From Eledone cirrhosa (Eukaryota), in assembly GCA_964016885.1 (NCBI GenBank), contig OZ024755.1:42780001-42844000 (forward strand): a stretch of 64,000 bases of DNA, in the 5' to 3' direction. The position numbers and the translations under genes were made by a program. Positions 49,757-61,904 of the stretch are shown here, piece after piece; position 1 is the stretch's first letter, and every line of letters starts with the position of its first letter. A model generated the notes under the pieces. That model was not told the DNA's origin, did no database searches, and was given only the letters and a program-made list of their open reading frames with translations.

Positions 49757-50870
49757 TACCCACCTCTGCCTGACCTTTCAGGGATAGTTTGCACTCGGCC
49801 CACTTCTGGGTCAGTGCAAACACCCTATTCGTAACCTCACCCCAGTTTTTCTCCACCTGGAGATCCGGTCCGAACCAGACCCCAAGCAACTTCACCGGGC
49901 CCTCAGCCCACCGTCCGACGATACTGTCGGACGGCAACCGTTTGCCCCTCCACTCACCGAGTTGCAAAGCGACTGACTTGTCCCGGTTCAGATTAGCCCC
50001 TGTCAACCTTTCGTACTCCTCCAGTAAGGTGCCGATTGCCCCGATTTCCGCAGTGGTCAACACCATTACTGTTACGTCATCAGCGTAGGCCGACACCGCT
50101 TTGCGCAGTCCCGGTTCCAAAGGGATGCCCTGCAACAACTCCAACTTCCGCAGTAGTGGCTCGAGAGCCAATACATACAGAAGGGAGGAGAGAGGGCACC
50201 CCTGTCGGATGGAGCGGGTGATTTCGAACGGCTCCGAGAGTTAGCTGTTGACCTTGACTCTAGAGCATTGGTACACTGCCCGGGCGTTGCCAATCTGTGG
50301 GGCTATGTCGAACAACTGCTGTCACGGGTGGGACCAATTAGGTTGACCACCGAGTCCATTGTAACGATCAAGCCGCCTCCCCCCTTCAAAAGTGAAGGAG
50401 AGGCGGTCTTCCTCTGTGTAATAGCCATGGTAAAAGAGGTTGTATGGTGGACGCGTCTAAAAGGGCTGAGGTCGGACACCTTTCTTTCCGGCCAACAACT
50501 AGTGCTTTTCTTCCCATACCATTTTAGAAGAAGGATCAGGATGGAGAGGGTGGTGCTCTCTACCTCAGCCTGTAGGTGGAAAAGGATGAAGGAAGAAGGG
50601 GGCACCCTCTCTTTGTGCTCCCGTGGAGAAGGGTCGCACATTTTTTTTTCGGGTGTGTGTGACCCCAAAACGATCCCTCCCTATTGAGGACCTTTTTGTT
50701 ATAATTTTATTTGTTATTACATCTTTTTTACTTGATTTCTATGTACCCCCCCCCCCCATGTATGTGTCCCTTTCTTTTGTGCCCTCGTGGCAAATAAACA
50801 AATTTGTCTGTGTCTCTGTCTGGCTGTCTGGCTGTGTCTGTCTGCCTGTCTGTCTGTGTGTATGTCTATC
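49757..50870. mobile_element. 5'-inverted, truncated Tx1-like copy (minus RT piece 49757-50266 plus sense 3' end 50264-50804) followed by (GTCT)n
   Basis: High similarity to about 56338-56815 (inverted) and 57491-58088. GCA microhomology at the junction. Confidence 0.88.
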
Positions 50871-51040
50871 ACACGAACCTGACTTTTCTCATAACGACAA
50901 CCAATCTAACCCAGGTAAACATGGACAAATGGCCATTAAATGATGATTACAGCCGTGTCTGCACCAACAACTGACAGGATATTATCAATATTTCTATATA
51001 TCTTCTTTATCTTTTTCTTTTTCTTTGTCTACTTATTCCT

Positions 51041-51472
51041 TGGAGGGTTGTGGGGAAAGGGTTCTCAAACACTCCTTCCATCAGGTCCTGTCACTGGAGG
51101 GTTGTGGGGAAAGGGTTCTCAAACACTCCTTCCATCAGGTCCTGTCACTGGAGGGTTGTGGGGAAAGGGTTCTCAAACACTCCTTCCATCAGGTCCTGTC
51201 ACTGGAGGGTTGTGGGGAAAGGGTTCTCAAACACTCCTTCCATCAGGTCCTGTCACTGGAGGGTTGTGGAGAAAGGGTTCTCAAACACTCCTTCCAGCAG
51301 GTCCTGTCACTGGAGGGTTGTGGGGAAAGGGTTCTCAAACACTCCTTCCAGCAGGTCCTGTCACTGGAGGGTTGTGGGGAAAGGGTTCTCAAACACTCCT
51401 TCCAGCAGGTCCTGTCACTGGAGGGTTGTGGGGAAAGGGTTCTCAAACACTCCTTCCAGCAGGTCCTGTCAC
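51041..51472. repeat. 54-bp minisatellite, 8 units
   Basis: TGGAGGGTTGTGGGGAAAGGGTTCTCAAACACTCCTTCCA(T/G)CAGGTCCTGTCAC. Confidence 0.95.
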
Positions 51473-51575
51473 CAGCAACTGTCTCCAATCTAAATACATT
51501 AAAATCCTGTTTAGATTTGTATAACAAATACTTTATTAATAATTCAATATTTTCATTTTACGTCTTTCTATTGAG

Positions 51576-51684
51576 GTTCTGGAACCTGCTGCACCCCCTG
51601 TGTTCAGTTCACTGCCCATCTTCCTTGCCATTATCAACATCTTTCTGTCATGGCTATGGTCACAAATACTTCTTGAATGGAGAA
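51576..51684 (+). CDS. ENGASE: ENGase exon 8
   Basis: GAG|...GAA|GTAAGT. RFWNLL...LPLSTSFCHGYGHKYFLNGE. Confidence 0.88.
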
Positions 51685-51840
51685 GTAAGTACTCTAATAT
51701 TTTCTTTTGTTATACATCAATGGTTCTCCTTAAACTTTCACATTTTTTGTTCCATAACCCTCTACGACACCTCAAAATATTTGATGCCCTCCCCACTTTT
51801 CAATATAAAAACAGGTATGCTGTGAAATTGCTTTCCTCCT

Positions 51841-52225
51841 CTGGTGTACCATGCAGGTTCCTGCTGTGATGGTAGCCAGCCTGTTGTACCCTGCAGGTTC
51901 CTGCTGTGATGGTAGCCTGCAGGTTCCTGCTGTGATGGTAGCCAGCCTGGTGTACCCTGCAGGTTCCTGCTGTGATGGTAGCCAGCCTGTTGTACCCTGC
52001 AGGTTCCTGCTGTGATGGTAGCCAGCCTGTTGTACCCTGCAGGTTCCTGCTGTGATGGTAGCCAGCCTGTTGTACCCTGCAGGTTACTGCTGTGATGGTA
52101 GCCAGCCTGGTGTACCCTGCAGGTTACTGCTGTGATGGTCAGCCTGGTGTACCCTGCAGGTTCCTGCTGTGATGGTGGTCAGCCTGGTGTACCCTGCAGG
52201 TTCCTGCTGTGATGGTAGTCAGCCA
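51841..52225. repeat. 40-bp minisatellite, about 9-10 units
   Basis: CCTGCAGGTTCCTGCTGTGATGGTAGCCAGCCTGTTGTAC. Confidence 0.92.
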
Positions 52226-52681
52226 ACTGTTCAAGCCATAGCTAATCTCTACAGCAGTACACTCTGTAAAGTAGTTGATGTTAGGAAAGGTATTCAGTCA
52301 TAGAAAACAATAAACAAAATGTAATATTTGTGTGTCTGTCTGTCTGTCTATGTTTCTGTGTGTGTTGTTCTCCAACCAGTTTGAGTGTGTGTAGGTGTGT
52401 CTGTGTCTGTATCTGTGTGTCTCTGTCTGTCTGTATCTCAGTCTGTCTGTCTGCTGTCTGTCTGTCTGTGTCTGTCTGTCTGTATGTCTGTCTGTGTATC
52501 TGTCTGTCTGTCTGTATTTGATAGTAGACGTCTTTCATATCGGCTCTTCGATTTGGAATTTTTACCTGGAATATTTGTGAGTGCATTATTTAAATTGTTT
52601 TTTATTATTGACTCTAACCCCTAGTCTGGTAGGGTAAATATATTTTCACCCCTTTTGGGGTGAAAAATATTTAATTCAAAA

Positions 52682-54439
52682 ATGTTTATCGATATCGTTG
52701 AAAACGATATCGCCATATTGGAAGCTAACGCCACGCCTACCAAAAAAATAAGCGAGAAAGAGGGAACAACAATTCAAACTGTTGAACAGCCCCTCCTCTC
52801 CAATGAAAAAAAAAAGAATACTAATTCGAATGAAAACCTAAATTTTGAAGAAAAAAATAACACCACAAATAATGAAACCAACAACATTACAACAACAAGC
52901 AACAAAGACAACAAAATTTCTTTTGCCCAAACGGTCAGGAAAGCTATTGAATACAAGCCCATAGATATTACTAACGCTAGGCAAAATTTGCTAGATGCCA
53001 GAAAATACGTATCTTTTGGGGAGGATGGTTCTTTTACGATCAACTCCCCAGAAGAAGTTTGTCAACAGGTATATAGGAATACCATAACCTACAGGACTAT
53101 AACCAACGCAACAAGAAAGCCAGCTCAATTGACAGAAAGTCAAATTGAGCTGGTTCTGAAAGACATTAAAAAGGACATACTCTTTATTGAAAGAGGAAAG
53201 CTGTATGCCAGCATTATGGTCTGAATGAAGGACGAAATGCTGGCTCAAAAATATTCGGTGGCACCTATAGTGTCACCACAATACACCTTCTTCCCCACAT
53301 ATAAAGGAAGAAGAACACAAAGAATAAGAATGTGGAGCCCAACGCCAGAAGTTAACATCTGGTCCGTCCTAACAGGATTTACGGACCTAGAAAAGGACAT
53401 CCTTATTTCAGCAGGGGAGTCCACCAGTGGACTGTTCGGGGGGAAAAGTCTGGAGGTTCTCTTACAGATGACACCTGAGAGAATCTCCGGAATACCCGAC
53501 CGAGTCCTACTGGATGGGCGAACCTTCATAAATATTACGGTGGAAGACAGGAGACCCTCATGTTACCACTGCGCTGGCAGAGGTCACCTGAGGACGGCCT
53601 GCCCTCTACTAACAACAAAAAAACCACTGCTACAAACACCACAACAACAACAAAAACAACCAGCACCACCACCACAAAAACAACAAAATACACTACCATA
53701 ACCACCACAACGACAACAAAAACCAACAACACCACCTCCACCACCACCACCACAACAACAACATCAACAACAGCTCAAGAAAACAACCCAAAACACGGTC
53801 CCACCCAGCCCCTCCCCACAGAACACAAATACAAAAACACACGCAGTTCATACACAACCCGGAGATATACCCCTCCCCTCCAATACGGAAGAGGAGCTCA
53901 TATCGTCGGAAGACGAGGGGGCTCCCTTCCAAAAAGTGAAAAGAAAAAAACGTACACACACCACACAAACAAAAATAACCCCACCTGACAACACAATACA
54001 GACAACAAAACGCAAACTCACTCATGAACAACAAGCAAAAACAAACACAACACAAAAACTCTACACATACATAAACAAAAGCAATAAAAACCTAACAGAA
54101 AAAATAGAAAACAACCCTTCGGTACAAACCGAAGGGCCGAATTTTGTAACGGCAATGGGACTCCCTAACCTGAAAATGGTGAAAGTCCCACTTGACATTT
54201 TCAAAACTTTGAAAAACATTTACCCTGAGGACGTGGGACCACCCTGCACCAGGCCACTCGACCGCGTCCTCCTGAAAGGTTTTCCCCTCCCCTCCTCAAA
54301 CACCCACACAACTCCAAACACCCCAACCCCTCCACACACTAATACCCCCACACCACCACAAACCACCACCCCACCCATCAACCCCTCCACCAGCCCCATG
54401 GAAACTGAGCGGCCCGAACCCCGGGACGCAGAGAGGTAA
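52682..54439 (+). pseudogene. Tx1 ORF1 (gag-like), with a premature stop at about 53222 and a frameshift
   Basis: ORFs 52682-53224, 53225-53701 and 53936-54439. Confidence 0.78.
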
Positions 54440-54462
54440 GTGCCTCTTTCTTTGCCACCAAC

Positions 54463-57400
54463 ATGGCTGTGTTAAGAGTAGGTTGTCTAAATGCGCGTGG
54501 CCTGGGGTCACCTTGGAAGCAAGCTAAACTTCTAAGTGACCTCAGGTCACAATGTATAAATGTGATGGTTATTTGCGAGGCCCGGATCAGCAGCATGCGA
54601 CAGCTAACCCCCACCTTTGATGACTTTGAGATGCACGCATCTCTCTGTCAGCCCGGAGGTGGGGGTGGGGTTGTCGTGCTGCTGCAAAAACATCTGGGTC
54701 TCGCTACACAGACGGTACACTTGGACCCGGAGGGTCGACTCGTGGTTCTGGACCTTGGCAATGGTGAAGGCAAAGCTTTTAGGCTTGTCGCCGTATACGC
54801 CCCTTTTGGGGCAATGCGGTCGGACTTCTTCCATCGTCTGGAGACTTTTCTAGGGACGTCCCGCTCCTTGCTTTTAGTGGGGGACTGGAATGGTATCCTA
54901 GATGCACGTTGGGACTATGTAGGGGCATGTCCCGATAGAGGCGGGTGTAACAGCCTTAAGGGGATAATCGGCCGATTTGACCTGGCCGATAGATACCGAC
55001 TAGATTTTCCGACTGTGCCAACCTGGACTTGGTCAAATAACAGTGGTCAATCTAGATCGTACCTAGATAGGTTCTTAGTTAGAATTAAGGATAGGGACTT
55101 TTTAAGTTGTCCAGAAATGCTCATGGTGGGTTATTCAGACCACAAGTTAGTGACCTGCGTAGTCCACCTTGATAGAACGCATAGGCAGGGGCCCGGTTAC
55201 TGGAAGCTTAACTTGTCCTTACCGGCAAGTAGAGTTTACAGGGACCGGATTAGAACCTTAGTTAAGGAGCGGTTGACGGGCGCCATCGTCAACAGCAGGT
55301 GGTGGGGCTCTCTAAAAAGAGAGATTAGAGTAGTTTCAATAGGAGTTAGTAAGGAGTTAGCCTCAGATAGAAATAGGAAGGAAAGGAAGTTGGTAGTTAA
55401 TGTTGAAGAGGCAATGAGAAGCGGCAACGTGGCCAGAGTGCAAGCGTCGAGAACGGTCTTGAACCAGTTCTTCGACGCAAAACACGAAGGCTGCGTTGTC
55501 CGAAGCAAAATATGTGCTCTGGGAAACGAGGGGACCAAAGCTGTTAGCTGGGCCCGCGTGACAGAAGCGAAAAGTGGGATTAAATCCACTATCCGGTCTT
55601 TGCGAGACCAGGATGGACGGTTGATCCTTGAACCTAAGCAAATGTGCGAAGCCTTTCAAAGGCACTTTGCCCGATTGTTCGGGAGGGGCGGGGGGCCGGT
55701 TGGGGATGTGGATTTCGGTCCATACCTCGACGGCCTGCCGCGTCTTTTGGACAAGGAGGCGAGGTCCTGCGACGGGCCGATCTCAGCTGCTGAAATAGGG
55801 GACGTGCTGAGCCTATGCGGCAAATGCAAATCTCCAGGGCTCGATGGTCTGCCCTACGAACTATATATTAATATGCCGGACTTGTTCCCCGATCTCCTCG
55901 AGGCGGTCTACTGCATCTGGCAACAGAACGGGAGAATTCCCTGTTCTGTGACCAAGGGCGTAGTCTCGCTAGTGAGGAAGGACGAGAACAAGGGGGATGA
56001 CATTAGTAATTTGAGGCCCATAACTCTGCTAAATGCAGAGTTAAAGATTTTGGCCAAGGTGTTAGCAAAGAGGTTGGCGCTTGTCGTGGAGGGCCTGGTG
56101 GGAGATGCGCAGACATGCGCTATCCCGTCCAGGTCCATCCACGACAACCTCCACCTCATGCGATACATCATAGAGAGGGTTGGGAACGAACCCGGCTTTG
56201 GTGGGGCCCTGATAAATTTAGATCAGTCTAAAGCGTTCGATAGGGTGGACCATGGTTACCTGGATGCGGTGCTAGCGGCGGCTGGGTTCGGACCCGTTTT
56301 CAGGGGCTGGATCACTGCCATGCACAGCAGCCGCATCTGCTCTAGAGTCAAGGTGAACGGCTACCTTTCAGAGCCGTTCGAAATCACCCGCTCCATTCGA
56401 CAGGGATGCCCTCTCTCCTCCCTTCTGTATGTATTGGCTCTCGAGCCACTACTGCGGAAGTTGGAGTTGTTGCAGGGCATCCCTTTGGAACCGGGATTGC
56501 GCAAAGCGGTGTCGGCCTATGCCGGAAATCGAGGCAATCGGCACCTTACTGGAGGAGTACGAAAGGTTGACAGGGGCTAAGCTGAACCGGGACAAGTCAG
56601 TCGCTTTGCAACTCGGTGAGTGGAGGGGCAAAGCGATGTCGTGCGACGGTATCGTCGGACGGTGGACGGAGGGCCCAGTGAAGTTGCTTGGGGTCTGGTT
56701 CGGACCGGACCTCCAGGTGGAGAAAAACTGGGGTGAGGTTACGAATAGGGTGTTTGCACTGACCCAGAAGTGGGCCGAGTGCAAACTATCCCTGAAAGGT
56801 CGGGCGGAGGTGGCGAACGCTTACATAGCATCAGTCATCTATTACCGCTTGACTGTCGTGCCTTGCCCGGGTGAGATCCTCGCCAAAATGGAGCGAGCCC
56901 TCTTTTATTTCCTTTGGAAGAAGAGGTCTCCTCTGGTGAGGAGATCCATCTGCTGTCAACCCCCTTTGAAAGGAGGGCTGGGCATGCCATGGCTAAAAAT
57001 GCATAAACACGCATTGAGGCTAAGGCACCTCCAGGTATTCCTCACCGGTCAACCGGTATGGGCCCCGTTTGTGAGGCGAGCCTTCCCGAGGCTCGTCTCG
57101 CTCACTGAGCTGCAGTCCTGGGTGAAGCAAAGACCGAGAAAACTGGGCAACTGGCACACCGAGTGTGCCCAGGCGCTCACGGCTCTCTGGCAGGCGGACC
57201 CGGCTATCGACGAAGACTCCACCTCGTCATTCTATAGAGGGCTGGTGGTTAGCGGGTGCGACGACGCCCTCGGAGAAACCCTAGGCATGGAGGAGGACAA
57301 ACTGGCCAGTCTATTCGGTAGGACTTTCGGCCCGGGACCTATGGACAACTTCCAGAAGTCCTTGGCCTGGCAGTGCTACCGAGGGGCTCTGCCCGTTCGG

Positions 57401-57955
57401 GATAAGCTCTACAGACACGGGCGCCCGGGTAGGGACCCCTCGAAAAAGATCTGTCCCAGATGCGTGCGCGACGAGGAAACCGTCGCGCACGCATTGGTGC
57501 ACTGCCCGGGCGTTGCCGATCTGTGGGGCTATGTCGAACAACTGCTGTCACGGGTGGGACCAATTAGGTTGACCACCGAGTCCATTGTAACGATCAAGCT
57601 GCCTCCCCCCTTCAAAAATGAAGGAGAGGCGGTCTTCCTCTCTGTAATAGCCATGGTAAAAGAGGTTATATGGTGGACGCGTCTGAAAGGGCTGAGGTCG
57701 GACACCTTTCTCTCCGGCCAACAACTGGTCCTTTTCTTCCGATACCATTTCGGAAGAAGGATCAGGATGGAGAGAGAGGTGCTCCACTCCAGCCAGTTTT
57801 ATGAAAGGTGGGTGAAAGTTGCGAGAATGGCCCGTGTGAATGGGCTTCTCTCTACCTCAGCCTGTAGGTGGAAAAGGATGAAGGAAGAAGGGAGCACCCT
57901 CTCTTTGTGCTCCCGTGGAGAAGGGTTGCATACTTTTTTTCGGGGGTGTGTGTGA
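54463..57955 (+). pseudogene. Tx1 ORF2 (APE-RT-CCHC), frameshifted by a deletion across YADD at about 56523
   Basis: ORFs 54463-56580 and 56429-57955. The intact SAYADDVTVMV is seen in sibling fragments. Confidence 0.9.
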
Positions 57956-58462
57956 TCCCTCCCTATTGAGGACCTTCTTGTTACTATTTTGTTTGTTATA
58001 TTTTTCTTACTCGATTTTTATGTAAACTCCCCCCACCCATGTACATGTCCCTTTCTTTTGTGCCCTAGTGGCAAATAAACAGAAATTTGTCTGTCTGTGT
58101 CTGTCTGTCTGTCTGTGTGTGTATGTGTCTGTCTGTCTGTCTGTCTGTGACTGTCTGTCTGTGCCTGTCTGTGTCTGTGTGTCTGTATGTCTGTCTGTGT
58201 CTGTATGTCTGTCTGTGTCTGTCTGTGTGTCTGTGTCTGTCTGTGTGTGTCTGTCTGTGTGTGTATGTGTCTGTGTGTCTGTCTGTCTGTGTCTGTCTGT
58301 CTGTGTCTGTCTGTCTGTGTCTGTCTGTCTGTGTCTGTCTGTCTGTGTGTCTATCTGTGTATTTTCTAATAAACTTAAACAGGAAAAAGATGTTTGCTTT
58401 CCAGCTTGACCAAAACCTATTTTCTGTTTCCTTCAGATCACTAAATGTTGTCTTATTTCCAG

Positions 58463-58638
58463 TGCCTCTCCAATAAAGAATGGGTCAGCATGGGAATGCA
58501 ACAGATACAGTCAGTACAACGTTCATTGCCTTCGAAAGATGATGTTTGTGCCGAGATGTACTTGGACGATAGTTTTCTTGGTGGTGGAAGCTTGAAAATT
58601 TCCAGAAAAACTCAAGGAAGTAAAAATCACCTGTGCAG
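58463..58638 (+). CDS. ENGASE: ENGase exon 9
   Basis: CAG|...AG|[22 protein letters not shown]...[14 protein letters not shown]; phases fit the neighbouring exons. Confidence 0.85.
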
Positions 58639-58641
58639 GTA

Positions 58642-60922
58642 ATCATCATCATCATCATACGTCCATTTTTCCACACTAGCATATATATCATTATCATCAT
58701 CATCACCGTTTTACATCTGTTCTTCCACGCTAGCATGGGTTAGACGGGTTGTCCTGTTGTGGGCAGTGTCCAGTCGGCTGACCTTGTATTGCTCATACGG
58801 GAAATGATTTTGGCTTGAATTCTACAGCTGGATGCCCTTCCTAACACTAACCTCATTTACAGTGAGTGCTGGGTGCTTTTTTGCCGTGGCACCTCCACGA
58901 CCACTTTGCAGTGGGAGGATGTAGGGGCATATTGTCTATATGCTTCAGCTTCGGCTTGTACCCATGAGGGGTTGGGTCTTCTGTATTACTGCGTGACGCC
59001 AGAGGTTACGGTCGTGTGTCATCGCCTTTGAGAGGTGTAATTGAGTAAGGTCGGCTTTTATCACCTCATCCCAGGTCTTCTTGGGTCTCCCCACTCCGCG
59101 GTTTCCATCGACTTCTAGTGCTCTGCACCTTTTTATGCAGCTGTCATCCTTCATACGCATCACATGTCCATACCAATGCAACTTCCTCTCCTGCACACAA
59201 TTCGTTTATGCTTTGCCGTTCGCGTATATTACTATTACACATCCATTGGAGCTTGCAGGCTTCGTTTCTTTCTATTCTACGCAAGTCTTCCACAGACAGC
59301 GCCCAGGTCTCACTACCATGTAACATTGCTGTTCGGATACACGCATCATACAGTCTGCCTTTCATTTTGAGGGAAAAGCCTTTTGCAGCTAGCAGTGGCA
59401 GTAGCTCCCTGAACTTCTTCCACCCCGTTCTTACCCTAGTTATTGTACTTTCCGAACACCCTCCTCCACTGCTAATTCGGTCACCTAGGTAGCAGAAGCT
59501 GTCTACTGTTTCTACAGAGCCCTCCCAGAGTTTGTTGGTACTTGTTTCCTGTGGCTGTTTACTGCTTGCTGTCCCAGCACAGCTGCTACATGTGAAGCCT
59601 ACATTCTTAGTTAAGCTTCCTGAGATCCCACTCCATCTCTTGTGTACCCATTGTTTGCATTTGGAGCAGAGAATGTAGTTTCTACCCACACCTTTCCTAC
59701 ATACTGAGCAAGGCCATTTCCCTGAGGGGATATGGGTTCTGTTTTCTCGTTTACTTACAAGGACCTTAGTCTTTGTCAGGTTGACTTTGAGACCCTTTCT
59801 TTTTAGTCCCTGCTTCCAAGTTTGGAATTTCTTCTCTAGTTCTACCATAGATTCAGCTATGAGTGCGAAGTCATCTACATACAGTAGTTCCCATGGGCAT
59901 CCGGTCTTAAACTCCTCCGTTATTGCCTGCAAAACTTTGATGAATAGGAGAGGGTTAAGAACAGAGCCCTGGTGGACACCGACCTGTATGCTAAATTCCT
60001 CGCTATAGTCATTGCTAATCCTAACTTTGCTGACTGCTCCCCTATACATGGCTTGTACAGCTTTCACAAGCCATTCATCTACTCCTAGTTTTCTAATAGC
60101 CCACCAGATTATAGCACGGGGAACTCTGTCAAAGCTTTTTCGAGATCGACGAATGGCAGGTAGAGCGGCTTACTTTTAGCTAGGTACTTTTCCTGTAACT
60201 GCCTTACAAGGAAGAGGGCATCAGTGGTGCCTCTTCTTGGCACAAACCCAAATTGCATCTCATCTAGTTTCACCCGGTCCCTAATCAACTGTGCTATAAC
60301 TCTTACTGTTACTTTCATGACCTGGTCCATCAGCTTTATACCTCTGTAGTTTCCTCTATCTAGTGCATCACCTTTACCTTTGTAGCAGTTGACAATGATG
60401 CTACTGCACCAATCTTTTGGTATGACACCTTCTAGTATTACCTGGTTAACAATACGTGTGGTTATGGTGTGACCTACCGACTCAGATGCCTTCAGCGTCT
60501 CGGCAGCTATACCCGATGGACCGGTTGCCTTCCCCGTCTTCATATCTTTGATTGCCTTACTACGCTGCTGCTGACTTGTACTGCTATCCCCTCTATAGGG
60601 TTCACTTGGGGTAGGGTATCTTTTTCCCATGCATTCTCCTCATTTAGTAATCTTTCATAATGGCTCTTCCACACATCTTTCTTCTCAGCACTTGTGAGGG
60701 CAAGCTCACCTTTATCATTCCGGATACACTTCTCTCCAATGACATCACAATTCTCTCTGACACACTGCCTCGCAATCTTGAACACCTCCTGTTTCTGGTC
60801 CTCACGTTTCAAAACAGGCTTGAATTTTCTATCCCCCGCTTCCCTCCTAGCTAAGTATACTTGTCGCCTAGCTTCCCTCCTGGTCTCTATATAATGTACC
60901 CTGCTTCCCCCGTTCTTCCATT
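58642..60922 (-). mobile_element. RTE LINE, the longest copy here, frameshifted, with a doubled (ATC)n 3' end
   Basis: ORFs 60540-60812, 60109-60630, 59144-60067 and 58945-59196. Confidence 0.93.
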
Positions 60923-61064
60923 CTGCTCAATAACTCTCCTTATATATTAACTCCACTCTAATATTTAATCTCACATCATGAGCTTTGTCTAAGGTATCTA
61001 ACATACATCAGAATTCCTTCTCCTCTATTCTTATATACGACTCTTATTTTGACATATATATATA

Positions 61065-61480
61065 TCATTATCATCATCATCATTTTACGTCCACTTTTCC
61101 CTGCTTGCAAGGGTGGAATGGGTCCTCTTCAGCACATCATCTCTCCACTTGTCACGGTCCTTTGTCATGGTCCTTCATCGTTTCCTCTGTGAGCTTCAGC
61201 GATGGGCGGATGTGGTGAGAGCGGACCTCAGATTTGGGATTTCTTGGCACTGCTTTACCCAGCGGTCATCCTCCATGCGCATCACATGTCCATACCATCT
61301 CAGCCTTCTCTCCTGCACACCACAACTTATACCTCTTACACATAGTTTCTCTCTCAACCCATCTATGCTTGGTCGTTTAATCACATTGACATTACACATC
61401 CAACAGAGCATGCTTGCTTCATTTCTCTCCAGCCGTCGTACCTATATGACCACTTTACAGAGTGGACTGGGTGCTTTTGA
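61065..61480 (-). mobile_element. Short RTE LINE 3' fragment (family of 11983-12900)
   Basis: MLCWMCNVNV...RRLRWYGHVMRMEDDRW and a (CAT)n tail. Confidence 0.85.
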
Positions 61481-61522
61481 CTTAAATTCTTCTTCTACTT
61501 GTTTATCACAACTTTCTTCCAG

Positions 61523-61765
61523 CATCTTCCACTGCAAGATGGTGGTGAAGGAGAAGTTGCTGGTGAGTTTCTGTGTGAAGCCATTGGTGGATGGCAGCCG
61601 AAATGAATTCATACAACTGACATTCAATGACAAGGATAACAAGCCATATAAAACAATTCTAACAGCAGATACAGTGGGACTTCCAAAGAATGAAGTGAAG
61701 AAGATTATTGCAGATACAGACATTTATATTGTTCCAGAAAATAGATTGAATGGATGGAAACAACA
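61523..61765 (+). CDS. ENGASE: ENGase exon 10 (gene continues past the window)
   Basis: CAG|...CA|GTTAGT. Open phase-2 exon IFHCKMVVKEKLLVSFCVKP...NGWKQ. Confidence 0.75.
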
Positions 61766-61904
61766 GTTAGTACAATATTATTTTTAATTATCTGTGGTTT
61801 CAGATTTAACATTTTCATCCTTTGAAATTTATCGCATTTTTTAAACCTTTTGTTGCCCATTTTATAATTAAATTCACTGTCAACGATTTCCAAATGATTT
61901 TAAA

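Larger units (their letters stand above)
52516..58088 (+). mobile_element. Near full-length Tx1/L1-clade LINE flanked by (GTCT/GT)n on both sides
   Basis: ORF1 with a CYHCAGRGHLRTAC knuckle; ORF2 with APE (LNARGL, GDWN, YLDRF, SDH), RT and a C-terminal CPRC...HALVHC; AATAAA near the 3' end and no poly(A). Confidence 0.93.

Noticed and set aside
50940-51575. 18-aa repeat ORFs running into exon 8
   Set aside because: The 54-bp VNTR is open in several frames. The splice acceptor at 51575 explains the real coding part.
58068-58460. Cys/Val/Leu/Ser-rich ORFs here and at 52330, 35250 and 41040
   Set aside because: They are microsatellite translations.
61113-61522. RTE-ENGase fusion ORF (61113-61787)
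   Set aside because: The 5' part is antisense LINE read-through. The exon starts at the acceptor at 61522.
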